Below, one piece after another: positions 1 to 13,686 of a stretch of DNA of 64,000 nt (its first letter is position 1; every line of letters begins with the position of its first letter). Source of the stretch: the human T2T-CHM13v2.0 reference genome, Homo sapiens; assembly GCF_009914755.1 (NCBI RefSeq), contig NC_060932.1, one strand, 5' to 3'. Made by a program: the position numbers and the translations under genes. The notes under the pieces are model-generated. The model made no database searches and was not told the origin of the DNA. It saw nothing but the letters and a program-made list of their open reading frames with translations.

Positions 1-1660
1 AAAACAAAAAATTCTACCAAAAAATTATTATAAGCAAATTGAATAAAGATGAAGGATTCAAAATCAAAATATAAAAATTAGTAACATTTCTATATACCAA
101 TAATGAAATAGTCAAAAAAGAAATCAAGAAAACAATTCCACTTAAAGTAGCTACCAGTAAATATATAAATATATTTTTTTCACCCATATACATATGAAAA
201 TACCTAGGAATAAATTTATACAAGGGAGTAAAATATATCTACAAGAAAAACTACAAAACAGTAATAAAAGAAATTGAAGAGGCCATAGACAAATGGAAAT
301 TCATTCTAAGCTCCTGGATCAGAAAAATGAATTTCATTAAAATAACCATACTACTCAAAACAATCTACAGATCCAGTGCAATCCTTACCAAAATACTATC
401 ATTTTTCACAGAATTAGAAAAAAAAATCTAAAATTTGTATAGAATCAAAAAAGAGCATAACTAGCCAAAGCATTACTGAGCAAAAAGAACAAAGCTGGAG
501 GTGTCACACTGACTTCAAAATATAGTACAAGTCTATAGTAACCAACACAGCATAATATTTATATACAAACAACACAGACCAATGAAATAGAATTAAAAAC
601 CCAGAAATGAATTCATATATTTACAGCCAACTGCTCTTCCACACAGCTGTCAAGAACATACAATGGGGAAAGAACACTCTCTCCTATAAATTGAGCTGGG
701 AAAAGTCAACTGAAAGAAGAATGAAACTTGACTCCCATCCCTCATCAAATACAAAATCAACTCAGGATAGATTAAACCTGACACTATGAAACTACTAGAA
801 GAAAAGATAAGGACAACTCTTCAGAAATTGGTCTAGGCAAAGAATTTATGGCTAAAACCTCCAAAGCTTAAGCCACTAAAACACAATGGGATAAATGGGA
901 CTATATTAAACTACAAAGCTTCTACACAGCAAAAGAAACAATCAACATGGTGAAGAGACAAACTCTAAAATGGGGAAGCAAACCGGGCAAGGTTGCTGAC
1001 GCCTATAATCCCAGCACTTTGGGAGGCCACGGCAGGTGGATCACCCGAAGTTAGGAGTTTGAGACCTGCCTGGCCAACATGGTGAAACCACATCTCTACT
1101 AAAGATTCAAAAATTAGCCAGGCATAGTGGTGGGTGCCTGTAATTCCAGCTACTTGGGAGGTTGAGGCAGGAGAATCACTTGAACCCAGGAGTCAGAGGC
1201 TGCAGTGAGCTGAGATTGCGCCACTGCACTCCACTCTGGGCAACAGAATGGGACGCCATCTCAAAAAATAAATAAATAAATAAATAAAATGGGGAAACAT
1301 ATTTGCAAACTACTTAATCATCTTACAGGGTACTAATATCCAAAATATACAAGGAAGTCAGGTAAGTCAACAGTAAACACAAAATAATCTTATTAAAAAT
1401 GGACAAAGGACATGAATAGACACTTCTCCAGAAAAGATACACAGATGGCCAACAAGTATATTTAAAAATGCTCAGCATCTCTAATCATCAGGGAAATGCA
1501 AATCATAATCACAATGAGAAATTTTCTTACCCCACTTAGAATGGCTATTATTAAAAAGAAAAAAATAGAGTTACAATTATGTGGAGAAAAGAAAACAAAC
1601 AATGTTGGTGGAAATATGAATTAGTAAAATCACTATGAAGAACTGTGTGGAGGTTCCTCA
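1..1660 (+). mobile_element. Old L1 (L1M/L1PB-like) ORF2 3' region, decayed, interrupted by an Alu
   Basis: A-rich sequence with recognisable L1 ORF2 motifs (GCAATCTACAGATCCAGTGCAATCC, AAGAACAAAGCTGGAGG, GAAATGCAAATCATAATCACAATGAGA); many stop codons; end approximate. Confidence 0.85.
981..1285 (+). mobile_element. Alu (AluS-like) inserted into L1
   Basis: Dimeric Alu with (AAAT)n tail; TSD AAAATGGGGAAGCA (967-980) / AAAATGGGGAAACA (1286-1299). Confidence 0.95.
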
Positions 1661-1830
1661 AGAGCAGAAGCAAAATTGTAAATTCATGTGAGGGCTCAAG
1701 CCCTCTTGCAAATTCTGGCATAGTGGCTATAATGCCTACTAGCTGTGACTAGTCCTGGGGTCCTCCATGACCTCATGTTAGTAATTTCCCTCCATCCTGC
1801 CCACATATTTGTATAATGATACTTTATTAA

Positions 1831-1958
1831 CATATTTATGCCTAGTGTTCCATTATTGGAATGCCAAGCTTGTGGGAGTTATTTACATCCTACTGCTCAA
1901 GGTCATCACCAACGTCTGATTTTTCACAAAAAGTTTTGCAACCTCTGGTATAAATGGG
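1831..1958 (+). mobile_element. MER85 non-autonomous piggyBac element (PGBD3-derived MITE)
   Basis: TTAA at 1827-1830 and 1959-1962; termini CATATTTATGCC...GGTATAAATGGG; internal GTTCCATTATTGGAAT palindrome and TCCTACTGCTCAAGGTCATC match the recalled MER85 consensus. Confidence 0.9.
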
Positions 1959-4138
1959 TTAAATTGTTCTCAATCACCACTTTTGACCATGCCTTCTGTT
2001 TCCTGCCTGGATTTGAACTGATATCTTCATTAACAATTGAATGATGTATTACTTTTTTGTTTAACAGCTATACATGGTTATAAAAAGAAGAAAAATAAAG
2101 TCTATTATTGAAAATCTATTAGCTGTCTTCTTTGTTTCTTATATTTCATTTCCAGCAATGCTCCTAACAGATTCCAAAGGGAGTGTATGAAAATCTAACA
2201 ATCAGTAAATAGAGTCTACAGTGGACTTTATATTAATATTACTCATTCTGTGGATAAACATGTGTTTCTTTCTCAGAGGCATACTAGAAACATAAGTCAC
2301 TAAAACGTCTTTGATCATTATTGTCAGGGGAAAAAGGAGAAATTAGTAAAAAGAAAAAGATGTTTATAGAGTACATAATACATGTTAGGTACTGTGCTTG
2401 GCATTTTAAAAATGCTATTTTATTAGTCCACACTTTTCAGAGGGAAATCAGCAAGTGCAACCTACTTCTGAAAGTAAATTAAGATAGAAAAAAGAAGGAT
2501 TAATTTGTTTATTGATTTCACTTAGAGTAATAAAAAGACCTTCAAACCTTACGGGATATAGTTGTTAAAGCTACACTAGAAATGGACCATCAGGCACAAT
2601 TATTACTCTTATTCCTATTGACATGCACCATCAAGAAGAGTAATTTAGGACACCCTCAAGGTCACTAAGAAAGAGAATGATTTCATTAAAGCTATCAAAC
2701 TTAACTATTGTGTTTCTCATTATATTCTAACATATTCTTCTTTAACAGAAATAAAACTGAAATTTGAATTAAATAAATGTGTTTAGCAGCAGCCATTTCT
2801 CAGGAAATGCAATCAATGCACAATAATTTCCCAAATACACAGCAATTTGTGAAAGGCATGTACTATTATGAAAATATATAATTAATGTCAGATATATAGC
2901 ATAAACCATACAATATTCCTCATTTTGTTCATAACATTTAAGAACATAAAATTAAATTCCACACCTTCTTATCCAATTATATATTTTTAACTTAACTAAA
3001 GAATGTATTGGTCTATCAAAAATATGTTTGTCAATTAAACTTTAATTGATTCAGGTTGAAACTATAAATATGAAACAGAAAAGTGTTTATTATCTAATGA
3101 ATTTATCCTTTTCATGAATACATTTTTATTTTGAAAATTCAGCTCTATTTTTTACTTCAGTTATCTTTTTAAAAATACAAATATAAGATAATTTAAAAAT
3201 ACAACAGAAAATTCCACATACCTAGCTTACGTTAGGAAACCCCTGGAGGGTGCCTGGTCAATTGGCTATATGTTCTTCCTAACAAGTACAATTTTAAGAC
3301 AAGAAATAATTCCTGGATGATCTATCTGCAGATTTTTTTTTCACAAAGTGGAGGCTGTAAATCACAAATATAAAATGAAACACTAGATGAGAGTAAACTA
3401 TTAGGCTGCAGAACTACAGGGACTAGATGACATCTGTGACTTATGCTTAAGCTCTTCAGAACAGACTCACGTATATGCATATGAAGGTAACTGGTGTTCA
3501 TGTACAGTGTAATAAACAAATGAAAATAAAGTAAATAAGAATATGGCAAGAATGACCTCAGAATGTAGTTTTAAATATCATGTCATCCTTGGATATGAAA
3601 ACAAAAGAAAGCAAAATAAATATTGCCTTGGAAGTACAAAAATAAAATAGGATTTTAATAATGGGGAAGTTATGATATTTTTAAAATGTGCGTAAATGAC
3701 TTATGGCTCTGAGAAGCAAGAACAAAATTGATTTTACCATTTTACTATCATAAAAAATTGATTTTACCATTTTTTCTTCCCCTCTAACTTGAGGTAAGTA
3801 GTGTCCACATGTGACTCAAGATGTTCATGAAGCAGGGGTAAGAAACAGGTCCTTGTTTTTCAACCACTGAGATTCCTGGCAAATAATAATAATAATAAAA
3901 TAATAAAAATAACTGTCATAAAATACACCTAACAAATATAGCAAGAATAAAGAGGCAGTGGAGTCATTGGGAAGAACACTCGTATTTTAGACTGGTAAGA
4001 TGACTATTCATATTACATAATCTGAAAATATTTGGTAAAACTCTTCCTTATGATAACTTGGAAGACAAAGAATCTCCCCAAAGAGAAACCAGGAATTATA
4101 TAATAGTTTTAAAGTTAGAACTATTTATTGTTTCCAGT

Positions 4139-4632
4139 TGTTATATATAAAGTTCCGGTGCCACAAAAGAAATAGCACTCGGATATAAAATTTTCTAATT
4201 CTCAGCAAGGCAAGACATTTCTACAGAAGGGTGCACCCTTACAGATGGAGCAATGGTGAGCGCACACTCGGACAAAGGAGGGGAAGGGGTTCTTATCTCT
4301 GACGCATGTGGCCCCTGCTGCTGTGTCTTTCCCCCAGCTGGCTAGGGTTAGACTGCACAGGCTAAACTAATTCCGATTGTCTAAAGAGAGCAAGGAGGTG
4401 AGTACTTTGGTGGGAGAAAAAAAATGGTTATGCAGGGTGGAGAATGTGTCAGGGCAGAGCAGGTAGCAGGTAATCTGAATGAGTCAGGTTGGAGTAGGTA
4501 ATCAGAATGAGTCATGGTGGAGGAGGTAATCAAAAAAGGTTGCTTAAAGTTAAGTTTAAAAGTAGAAGGCAAAGAATTGAACATACTGACATATTGATTC
4601 TTTGAAGAGAAATTTAGACCTTATATCTAACA
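4139..4632 (-). mobile_element. Solo LTR10 (HERV-I family; LTR10A/F-like)
   Basis: Minus strand starts TGTTAGATATAAGGTCTAAATTTCTCTTCAAAGAATCAATATGTCAGTATGTTCAATTC, matching the LTR10 5' end; TG...CA termini; 4-bp flanks CAGT/CAAT; internal repeat carrying TGAGTCA. Confidence 0.85.
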
Positions 4633-5349
4633 CAATCAATATAAAATAAGAATATCTGGAGAAGATAAGGGCTTATTACAACTCAGCCTCTTGACCAGGC
4701 ACACTTCAAATATTTGACTATTGATAAAAACCTCTGAGTAGATTAATTTGTCCAATAGTGAGTTTACTAAAGTTGGACAAAATTACTCAAGTAAAAGAGG
4801 GTAACAGTGTGGCTCTCCCTTTTTTGTGTGGTTTCAAGTTGACCACAATGAGGTCTAGAGAAATAAATTTTTAGAAAAATGTGTGGGTGTGGGTATCAGT
4901 ACAGGTAACAGACTAAAATTGCATAATATAGAAAGCCAACCAAATTTTCGAGAATTTTGTACTGATTAATATAGAAACCTAAATTATTGATTAAACATAT
5001 TATTTGGAGACAGAAAAGAGAGTCTAATCAAGAATCCTCAACCCTAATGGTAAGAGAGTCTTGAAACATCTGCCCAGGTGGATTTCAGAATTGTTATGTA
5101 TTGGTACAGTACATAATTTATGTCTCCCATTGTTTCCTCTCCAGATGTGATGTTTATTACAGTTATCCCTTTACTGTTCTTCATTTAGGTTTAGTTGACA
5201 TGGAGAAGTCATTCGTCTTTTTAGTTTACAGGCCCCAGAGCAAAAGGAGTCACGACAGATGTAATTTAGAGATAATGAGATCCTGGATATAAGTTTACTG
5301 TAGATATTGTATGAAATATTTATGTTACCTTTCTTTGAGAATGGTTGAG

Positions 5350-6020
5350 TTTTGTTTTGTTTTAAAAAATTTAAGGGAAACCAGTGCAGTTTTGTTATAC
5401 GAATATGTTGGGTAGTGATATGGTTTGAGTCTATGTTCCCACCCAGCTCTCACCTTGAATTGTAATAATCCCCATGGTGTCAAGGGCAGGACCAGGTGAA
5501 GATAACTGAATAATGGTGGGATTGTTTCCCATGCTGTTCTCCTGACAGTGAGTGAGTTCTCATGATATCTAACGGTTTTAAAAGGAGATTCTCCCTTCTT
5601 TTGGCACTCATTCTCCCTACTGTTACCCTGTGAAGAGCCGCCTTCCACCATGATTGTATGTCTCCCGAGGCCTCCCCAGTCATGCAGAACTGTGAGTCAA
5701 TTAAACCCCTTTTTTTTAAATAAATTACCCAGTCTCAGGTATTTCTTCATAGCAGCATAAGAATGAACTAATACACGTATTAATGAAGTCTGGGCTTTGA
5801 GTGTAGCCATCACCTGAGTAGCATACATTCTACCCATTAAGTAATTTCTCATCCCCTACCCTCCTCCCACCCTCCCAATGATCCAAATCTCCAGTGACTA
5901 TTATTACATATTCTATGTCCATGTGTATGCATTATTTAGTTCCCACTAAATAGAACATGCTGTATTTGGCTTTCTGTTTCTGAGTTGTTTCACTTAAGAT
6001 AATGACCTCCAGTTCCATCC
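5350..6020 (-). mobile_element. L1MA-like 3' end fragment split by a THE1/MST LTR
   Basis: GTGCAGTTTTGTTATAC...GAAGTCTGGGCTTTGAGTGTAGCCATCACC...CTCCAGTTCCATCC is the antisense L1 3'UTR, continuous across the LTR insertion. Confidence 0.75.
5416..5775 (+). mobile_element. THE1/MST MaLR solo LTR
   Basis: Starts TGATATGGTTTG, ends GAACTAATACA; contains GAACTGTGAGTCAATTAAACC; 360 bp; decayed 5-bp flanks GGTAG/CGTAT. Confidence 0.9.
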
Positions 6021-6078
6021 TTGGGCTTGTTTTACATGTGAAATTAAAATAAATGAGTATCTGTGGCTAAGGGGAAAA

Positions 6079-6497
6079 CTGTAGTTGCTTTTACTCTTAT
6101 TCAAAATATTTGTTCAGCATTATATGTTCATCAGAACTGACATACACTGCCCCTTACTGGGGAGCTCATAGTACTCTGTCCATTTTAAGTAACAATTAGC
6201 CATATAATGTGTTCAAACCAATGAAGTGTGAGTTAAAGAAATGTGTGTCAAAAGAATAAATTTTAAGAATCATTATATGGTTCCACCCTGATTTATAATT
6301 TTTTGTGTTATAATATCAGCAACGTACTAGTTAGGCTTTGCCACTTAGCTTAAATCCCTGCCTTATGAAAACATAGATAAATGTTAAAATTCAACTTGTC
6401 ATAAATACCTAGCATGAATCAAATTCTTTGTTGTAAACCACTAACACATTGAGATTCAGTTTCATCATGGTAATTTTGCCTATGCTAATTAATACAA
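6079..6497 (+). mobile_element. Ancient MLT1-like MaLR LTR; possible MLT1-internal remnants upstream at about 3950-4130 and 5040-5330
   Basis: Degenerate MLT1 motifs (CCAATGAAGTGTGAG..., TTGTTGTAAACCACTAA..., terminal CTAATTAATACA); highly diverged. Confidence 0.5.
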
Positions 6498-8473
6498 TGT
6501 GAATAATCACAGATCGTTTATTTCAAATATAAATAAATTTTAAAGCTAGAAATCAAACTCAATGCAAATACCAATGTTGGTTTTTCTTGTCTTTCATAGC
6601 AAAATAATAGTGAAATTTATTCTTTGGTATAGTTACAAATAAATATTTCTTTAACTGTGAATAACAAAATTAACAAATATGAACAGAAGATATTGTTAAA
6701 CTTTTCCCAAATAAATTTTCACAAGATAATATGAAAATAGATATTTTTAAATATTTTTGACATGTTGCAATTTTTAAGTCAGGCTGAATTTGGAAGAAAA
6801 AAGATAAATTATAAATTTATAATTATAAAATTATAAACAATTCAGTGGCTTTCTAGTCTACAAATGTCCAAGGAACTTTAATATTTATATGTGATTTTAT
6901 GGCAGTAACAGCTAGGTTCTGTGAGTAAATCATGTTCATTTCTGTCATTGCCTCTGGTAATGATAAAATCAATTTCGAACCTTTAAGACTTGAACCCTAA
7001 ATTTATAGCCATCATTTTTAGATTATTAGATAATCACAAAATTTTGTAGCTCTTACCAGGCAGTGTTTATTATCTTTAATAGAGAAAACAGAGACTGATC
7101 CATTACGTTTCTTTACACATAAAGAGTGTTCAGTTGACATCCAGTCTGAACATCGGCGGAGACGATGTACTACCACTTTTGCTGCAATCATAAAACAATT
7201 TTATGTTCCGAATGATGTGTTTTAACTTAGGTTTGAACTTTCTAAAATTTTGGAAAATTTGAGTTTTCCATGAACATATTTGAAATACAGCTTAATATTA
7301 GTTAATTCTGTGTGCCCTAAAACTTTATCCAGTGACAACATTACATATATGTTTGTGTGTATCTGTTTGTATTTTACTACCATTCTCTCACTTTTATTAA
7401 TATACTAAAAAAGTTGTTGTTAGCATTGTCATTAAAATATCTTGTTTTCTCCAGGTAAGAAAGTAAATTTCATTATTATATGCTGTCACCTTTTCTGAAT
7501 AGTTTTACAAAAGATAAAAAAATACAAATTATATCTTTAATTTATTTCAATGAAAACATAAAATTCTACATATACTTTCATATTCAGCACACAAATTGAT
7601 AATGAAAATTCTACATTACTGTGTAGTGAGGGTTTTGGGAACTATTTTTAACATGTTCAAAATGCTCCTCTGGGCATTCTTCCAATGTTTTCCTCTCTTA
7701 TATTAATGAATGTTGGGGCTGGCTAATAGTTAATCTACTCTCTTTCTGCTACACAATGATTATACCTTTAAAAAATCTGGTTAAATCATAAAGCCTCTAC
7801 CTCTGACTATAGCGATGGATGAAGAGACAAGTTGTGACCCAAATAAAATCAATCAGAATTCTTCCCTGGGATCCTTGATATTGAAGTAGTCAGTAAAGCA
7901 TAGAGGCTTTACTCTGTTGTGATTATAGAAACCTGGAGCCAGGTTTCTCATAAATTTGTGGAAGTTCATCTAGTAGAAAAGAATGAATTCAAACTTTAGA
8001 AAGAAGAGATAGCTGGAGAAAAGAGAGTATAACCTAATTTAAGTATACAATTAGAGTTTGTGTGAAATGAGGACTATTTTGATTTTGAATTATTGTTAGA
8101 TAAAACTGAAACTGAAATAGTGTATTTTGCAAATATTGAAGAAATTGAAGTATGAAAAACGGGAGGAAATAATTTTTAATTCAATCAAAAATGAACTATT
8201 CCTATAATAGCAGAAATAGAATTATACTGAACAAGATAAAACATTGTATTGTTTAAATCTTATAATTGTTTGACATATTACTGGCCAAATTTTCAGCTGA
8301 TCAATTACTCCTATAATGTTACCATTTTTGTTTTATATACTTGTGGGTATGTTAAAAATGTCTATATGTTTATAATTGATTGATCTTCTTGATGAACTTC
8401 CTTATCATTTTGGGTTGATTCAATTTGTATACTGCCCCCATTTTTTTTTTTTTTTTTTTTGGTGTAAGGTTTA

Positions 8474-8474
8474 C

Positions 8475-8517
<43 letters not shown>

Positions 8518-8806
8518 TTGAAACAAGAGTCTTACTCTGTCACCCAGGCTGGAGTGCATTGGCGCATCATGGCTCAATGTAGCCTCAACCATCTGGGCTC
8601 AAGCTATCCTCTCACCTCAGCCTCCAAAGTAGCTAGAAATATGGTGCACACCACTACAACTGGCTAACCTTTTTATGTGTATTTTGTAGAGATAGAGTCT
8701 CACTATGTTGCCCAAGCTGGTCTTGAAACCCTGGCCGCAAGGGATCCTCCTGCCTCAAATTCCCCAAAGTGCTAGGATTACAGGCATGAGCCACTGCACT
8801 TGGCCT
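8474..8806 (-). mobile_element. Alu (AluJ-like) with (TTTA)n tail
   Basis: Antisense Alu with J-type GGCTCAAGCTATCCTCTCACCTCAGCC; ends TGGCC. Confidence 0.92.
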
Positions 8807-10733
8807 AGTTTGACCCTTATAAAAATGTCTACATCAAGTTATTTGGCTTGTATTTGCCTAATATTTTTAAAACTTTGCCTTTATATTATATTTGATATTA
8901 GATTCAAGATTTCCATATTTAAAATATTTTAGTAGTTTTTATTTCAATTATTCAAATTTTTCTGTTATACATAGATTTAAAGATTATTTCCTTATTTTTT
9001 GCCTTGTTTCTTTCTTGTCTTACATTGAATTATTATAATTTCTTTATTTCTTATTTTTATACTGGTTTTTAAATTATTACCTTTCTTTCAGCAGTTACTT
9101 GGAAATATGCCATGAACTTATTAAATAATGAAAACCTACAATGTATTTAGGCACAAAAAAGAAAAAGAATCTATGCATTGTTTTATCTTTTTATACTTAT
9201 TTAAAGAAATAGACTAATTTTGCCTAAATGTAGGCAACATGGAGGTAAAAAGAAACCTTAGGAAACTATTACAACAATTGTAGTAATCAATGGTGGTTGC
9301 TTGAACTAAGAGGCAGTTGGCAATGTCAGATTCTTTTAATCAATTTTAGAAGTTAAAGTTGATTGTACTTCTAGATTGACTGATTATGGAGTTCAAGGGA
9401 AAGACGGACATTAAAGAGGACTCATGTTTTTGGTCTTGTGTGGGATGAGTAGATATGGCTTTAAAATTTTAAAAGTTATGTTTTGAACCTGTTCAGTCTG
9501 AGAAACCGACTTCATATCCAAATGAAAAAGTCAAGGAGACACTTGTATATATGAGACCATTATTCAGGAAAGAGACCTAGAATACAGCTGTAATTTTCAG
9601 TGCTAAATATGTACAAAAGATATGTAAAGCCAATGGATTGAATAAGACCACAGAGTACATACAGAGAGAATTTAAATAAGTCAAGGAACTAAGAAGGAAC
9701 TCAGAAGAAGAAGCTGTATATAATAGGAGGAAAACCAAGAAAGTGTGCCATCTGGAAAGCTAAGTTAAAAAAACCAAGAAGGGGGCATGATCGACTATGG
9801 CAAACCATTTCCTGTAGTCAAGTGAGAGGAGGGAACTTGATTTTTGAATTCACCTATAAAGATACTTTTGATCAATTTGTATAGGCCCCTGAGAGAATAG
9901 GAGGTGATGAAGTGGTGAGAGGGGTACAGGTAACTACTTTCTTAAAAATTTTTTTTTCCACCAAGGAACCAAAATGTAACAAGTGATAGTGGGAAGAGGA
10001 AAATAAATTTAAGAGATCATTAAGTCTAATAACCCAATGCTTCATGTGTATGTTATTTCCTTAGCTTTGTTAAAAATGACATTCGTACTTGTGATTCTGT
10101 TCATTTTTAGAGCTTCTAAGTTATTTGGGTTCTCTGAGAAAAGAAAGAGAATGCAATAACTTTATTCCCTGAATTTAAAACTAAAAGTTGCATATGAAGG
10201 AAACAGATAGAAACACCAACACCTGGATATAGCAACTTGATAAAAAGCTTTTATAGCACAATTTGATCATTCCATTTATGCTATAATTATGCCAAATATA
10301 TGTTAATATGAATTATATGTGAATCAAATTAACATTTAATTTACATGATGTTAAATATACATTTGGCTGAATTAGATTATCTCTGTGATTTTTGTATCAC
10401 TGGGATAGAGAAATAAATGAGATTTTAAAATACATATTTTTTATTTGTATGATAATGTTATCATTACAAAATGTAATATAAAAGTATCATCACCAAAATT
10501 TAGTAGTAAAGAATTTCTACTTTTATATTATGTTGCAAGAAAATAATTTATCAGTACTCTAAATAGCTGATTCCTTTGTGTTTGTTCAACTATATCATTT
10601 TCATCAAGAAAAAAAATTCCATATTTTCCTTTTTCCTTTAAGAAAGTTTAAAACTATGATTGGTGCTTGTCAAATCTTTTAAAATATTTTAACTTCAACA
10701 GTTGGTATTGTGTAGTTGTCATTTTGAAAATAG

Positions 10734-11078
<345 letters not shown>

Positions 11079-13312
11079 AAAACTCACCTATTTTAAGTGT
11101 AACATGAAAGCTTTTTAAAAAATATTTTGCTTGCTATCTATTAAAAACTGTAAGGGTTCATTTTTCTGTATTTTTAGAATTTATAGTTTCAAATAGGATG
11201 AAAAAATGTATTTTGACTATCTCTTGTTTTTCTAATAATTTTCTTCTTTTTTTATACTCTGTATTCTGAAGTAAATATATTATGTCTAAAATGAAGATGA
11301 TTTGTTGTACTTTTATTTTCTCCTCATTAAAGTAAATTATGAAGTTATAAAATTGACATTTTGCCTTTGATTCTCAACATCATAGACTACTTCTATATGT
11401 ATTGTTTCTTAAAATATTCATAAATAAATTATGCTAAAACACTAGAAAATAAATACGGACCTTTAAAGTCATTAAGAATCATAATGCCATAAACAATTAC
11501 ACCACAATTAAAATTATAATCCAACCTAATATATTTTCTTCTACATTTAATATTTGGAACATTTTTATAAAGATTTACACAAACAATGGAATCAAAGTAT
11601 TAAATATTTTTCATTTACAAAATTCAAGGGCAGAGTCAACACTAAATAATATATTTAAGTCTATAAAAAGGTAGAAACTGAACTTCACATTCCATATCAC
11701 CAATTCTATTTTCTGCACCATTACTTCTGCTTTTTGTTCCTTCTTTGAGAGCTTATATTCTTCTAAGGTACTTGTCTATTTCCATTATTTCCCTTTCTCC
11801 TAATTCTCCAAACAGCTCTCCTTTCATTTGTTTATTTTATTATTTTACCTCTGGTTATTTTTCAAATTCATGTCATCTTAAATTTACTGAGACTTAAAAT
11901 AGAATTTCAACACATTTTTTAGCTAATTTTCCTAACTGCATTTTGTTTACCACCTTATACGATTATTTGAAGATACATACAAATTATTTTTTTTCTTATT
12001 TAGTCAATTGTGAATGGTGTTTCAGGCTTCTAGTTAGCCTGTAAATTGATCAAGATTCTTCTTTATTTCCTTCATTTAGTTCCAGATAGCTATTCAAAGC
12101 TTTCTTTCTAATTTTTAACTTGAGCATTCATTTCATATAATGAGTATTACCTGCTAGCTGTTCCTGAAATAAATGGGGGCAAATCTGGAATTATACATAA
12201 TCTCACTTGCGGAATTTAATTTCAGTATAACCGTTCATTGTAACTTTTGAAGCAAATTATGTCCAGTCTCTTTATCAGGTGTGACTCTCTTTCACAATAG
12301 CAGAAAATTTCCCACATCGTGGAGAAATCTCATTTCATTGCTAACTTTCAATTTGACACAGCAACTGGGATTCTCATCATAGTTCACTGTTAACATTTAA
12401 TCATCAGCAATAGAATTTGATTGTTCCAGCTTTTCATGCCTCAGCCAATGTGACTAATAAATGCAAGTAGAGTTTAGACTAAAAGTTATGACACTGATGT
12501 TTAATTTCTTAATTTGAAGCTTCCAATAGGTGTTTGGCATTTTACTGCTTTATCACAGTTGTGTTACAGTGTGCTGAGATACTGATTATCTCATCCTTTT
12601 CAGTAAGATCCCCTGCATGAGTTGTCTCTACTCAAGTGCAGTCTCAGTTTGTTTGTTTGTTTGTTTTTTAGATTGAGCTCTATAAATGTTATCAGATTCT
12701 ATATTTGTCAACATTTTGAAAATGTTGAAAAAACTGTTATATATTATTGTCATCAGATTTTTATACAGGCTATACAATACCCATGTCTCCATGGATACAA
12801 ATTGATTTAAAGTTAGAATCATTGTCATACATAGAAAGTTTTCTGCATTAATCATTAGCCATACGGAGCAGCATTAAATATCTGCCCATTTCCTAAGGAC
12901 TAAAGAAAACATAGATATACCCAAATTTGGTCTTTACGTTTATATAAATATTCACCAACAGTAGATAAGAATTCTCAATGAGGTAACCCAGTGAGAACAT
13001 TCATCATCAATAATCTGATTGTCTTCACTGATGGATAGGAGGATGCTGACTGGTTGAGGCATAAGGGTCACTAACTCAATGTCCTTGACTAAAAGAGCAG
13101 GTAACTAGTTGCACTGAGATGTCATTACAAAAACATTAAATGTTTACTATCATTGCTATGCTGAAATAAATACATATATAATAAATAAATCAGTAAGAGC
13201 ACTACTCATATATGCAAAATATATGTAATATATATTTATCTTTAGCTTTGGGGTGACAGAATTTTTAAAAAATGTTTTTTATTATCAATAAAGTCAAACA
13301 AAATGTAATGTC

Positions 13313-13686
13313 TGTATTAGTCCATTCTCATGCTGCTATAAAGGACTGCCAAAGACTGGATAATCTACAAAGGAAAGAGGTTTAATTGACTCACAGTTGC
13401 ACATGACTGAGGAGGCCTCAGGAAACTTACAGTCATGGTGGAAGGGGAAGTAAACACATCCTTCTTCACGTGGCAGCAGCAAGGAGAAGTGCCTGGCAAA
13501 GGGGGAAACACCCCTTTTAAAACCATCAGATCTTGTGAGAACTCACTCAATATCATGAGAACAGCATGAGGTTAACCAGCCCCAGGATTCAATTACCTCC
13601 CACCCACTCCCTCCCACAACATGTGAGGATTATGGGAACTAAAATTCAAGATGTAATTTGGGTGGGGACACAGCCCAACCGTATCA
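13313..13686 (-). mobile_element. THE1 MaLR solo LTR
   Basis: Plus strand TGTATTAGTCCATTCTC...GGGGACACAGCCCAACCGTATCA; perfect 5-bp TSD ATGTC at 13308-13312 and 13687-13691. Confidence 0.93.

Noticed and set aside
3724-3773. 20-bp direct repeat AAAATTGATTTTACCATTTT with a 30-bp period (similar short duplications near 49665-49710 and 63874-63906)
   Set aside because: Two-copy local slippage duplications; common, with no sign of function.
9250-9900. Very old L2/MIR-like traces here and near 19110-19290, 35235-35440, 38690-39170, 52960-53100, 57290-57470 and 58370-58615
   Set aside because: Probably real, but too diverged to delimit or classify by eye, so not listed as features.
12147-12460. 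Non-repeat block with a minus-strand donor-like GCAG|GTAATA
   Set aside because: No sustained ORF and only a weak acceptor; not supportable as an exon without conservation data.
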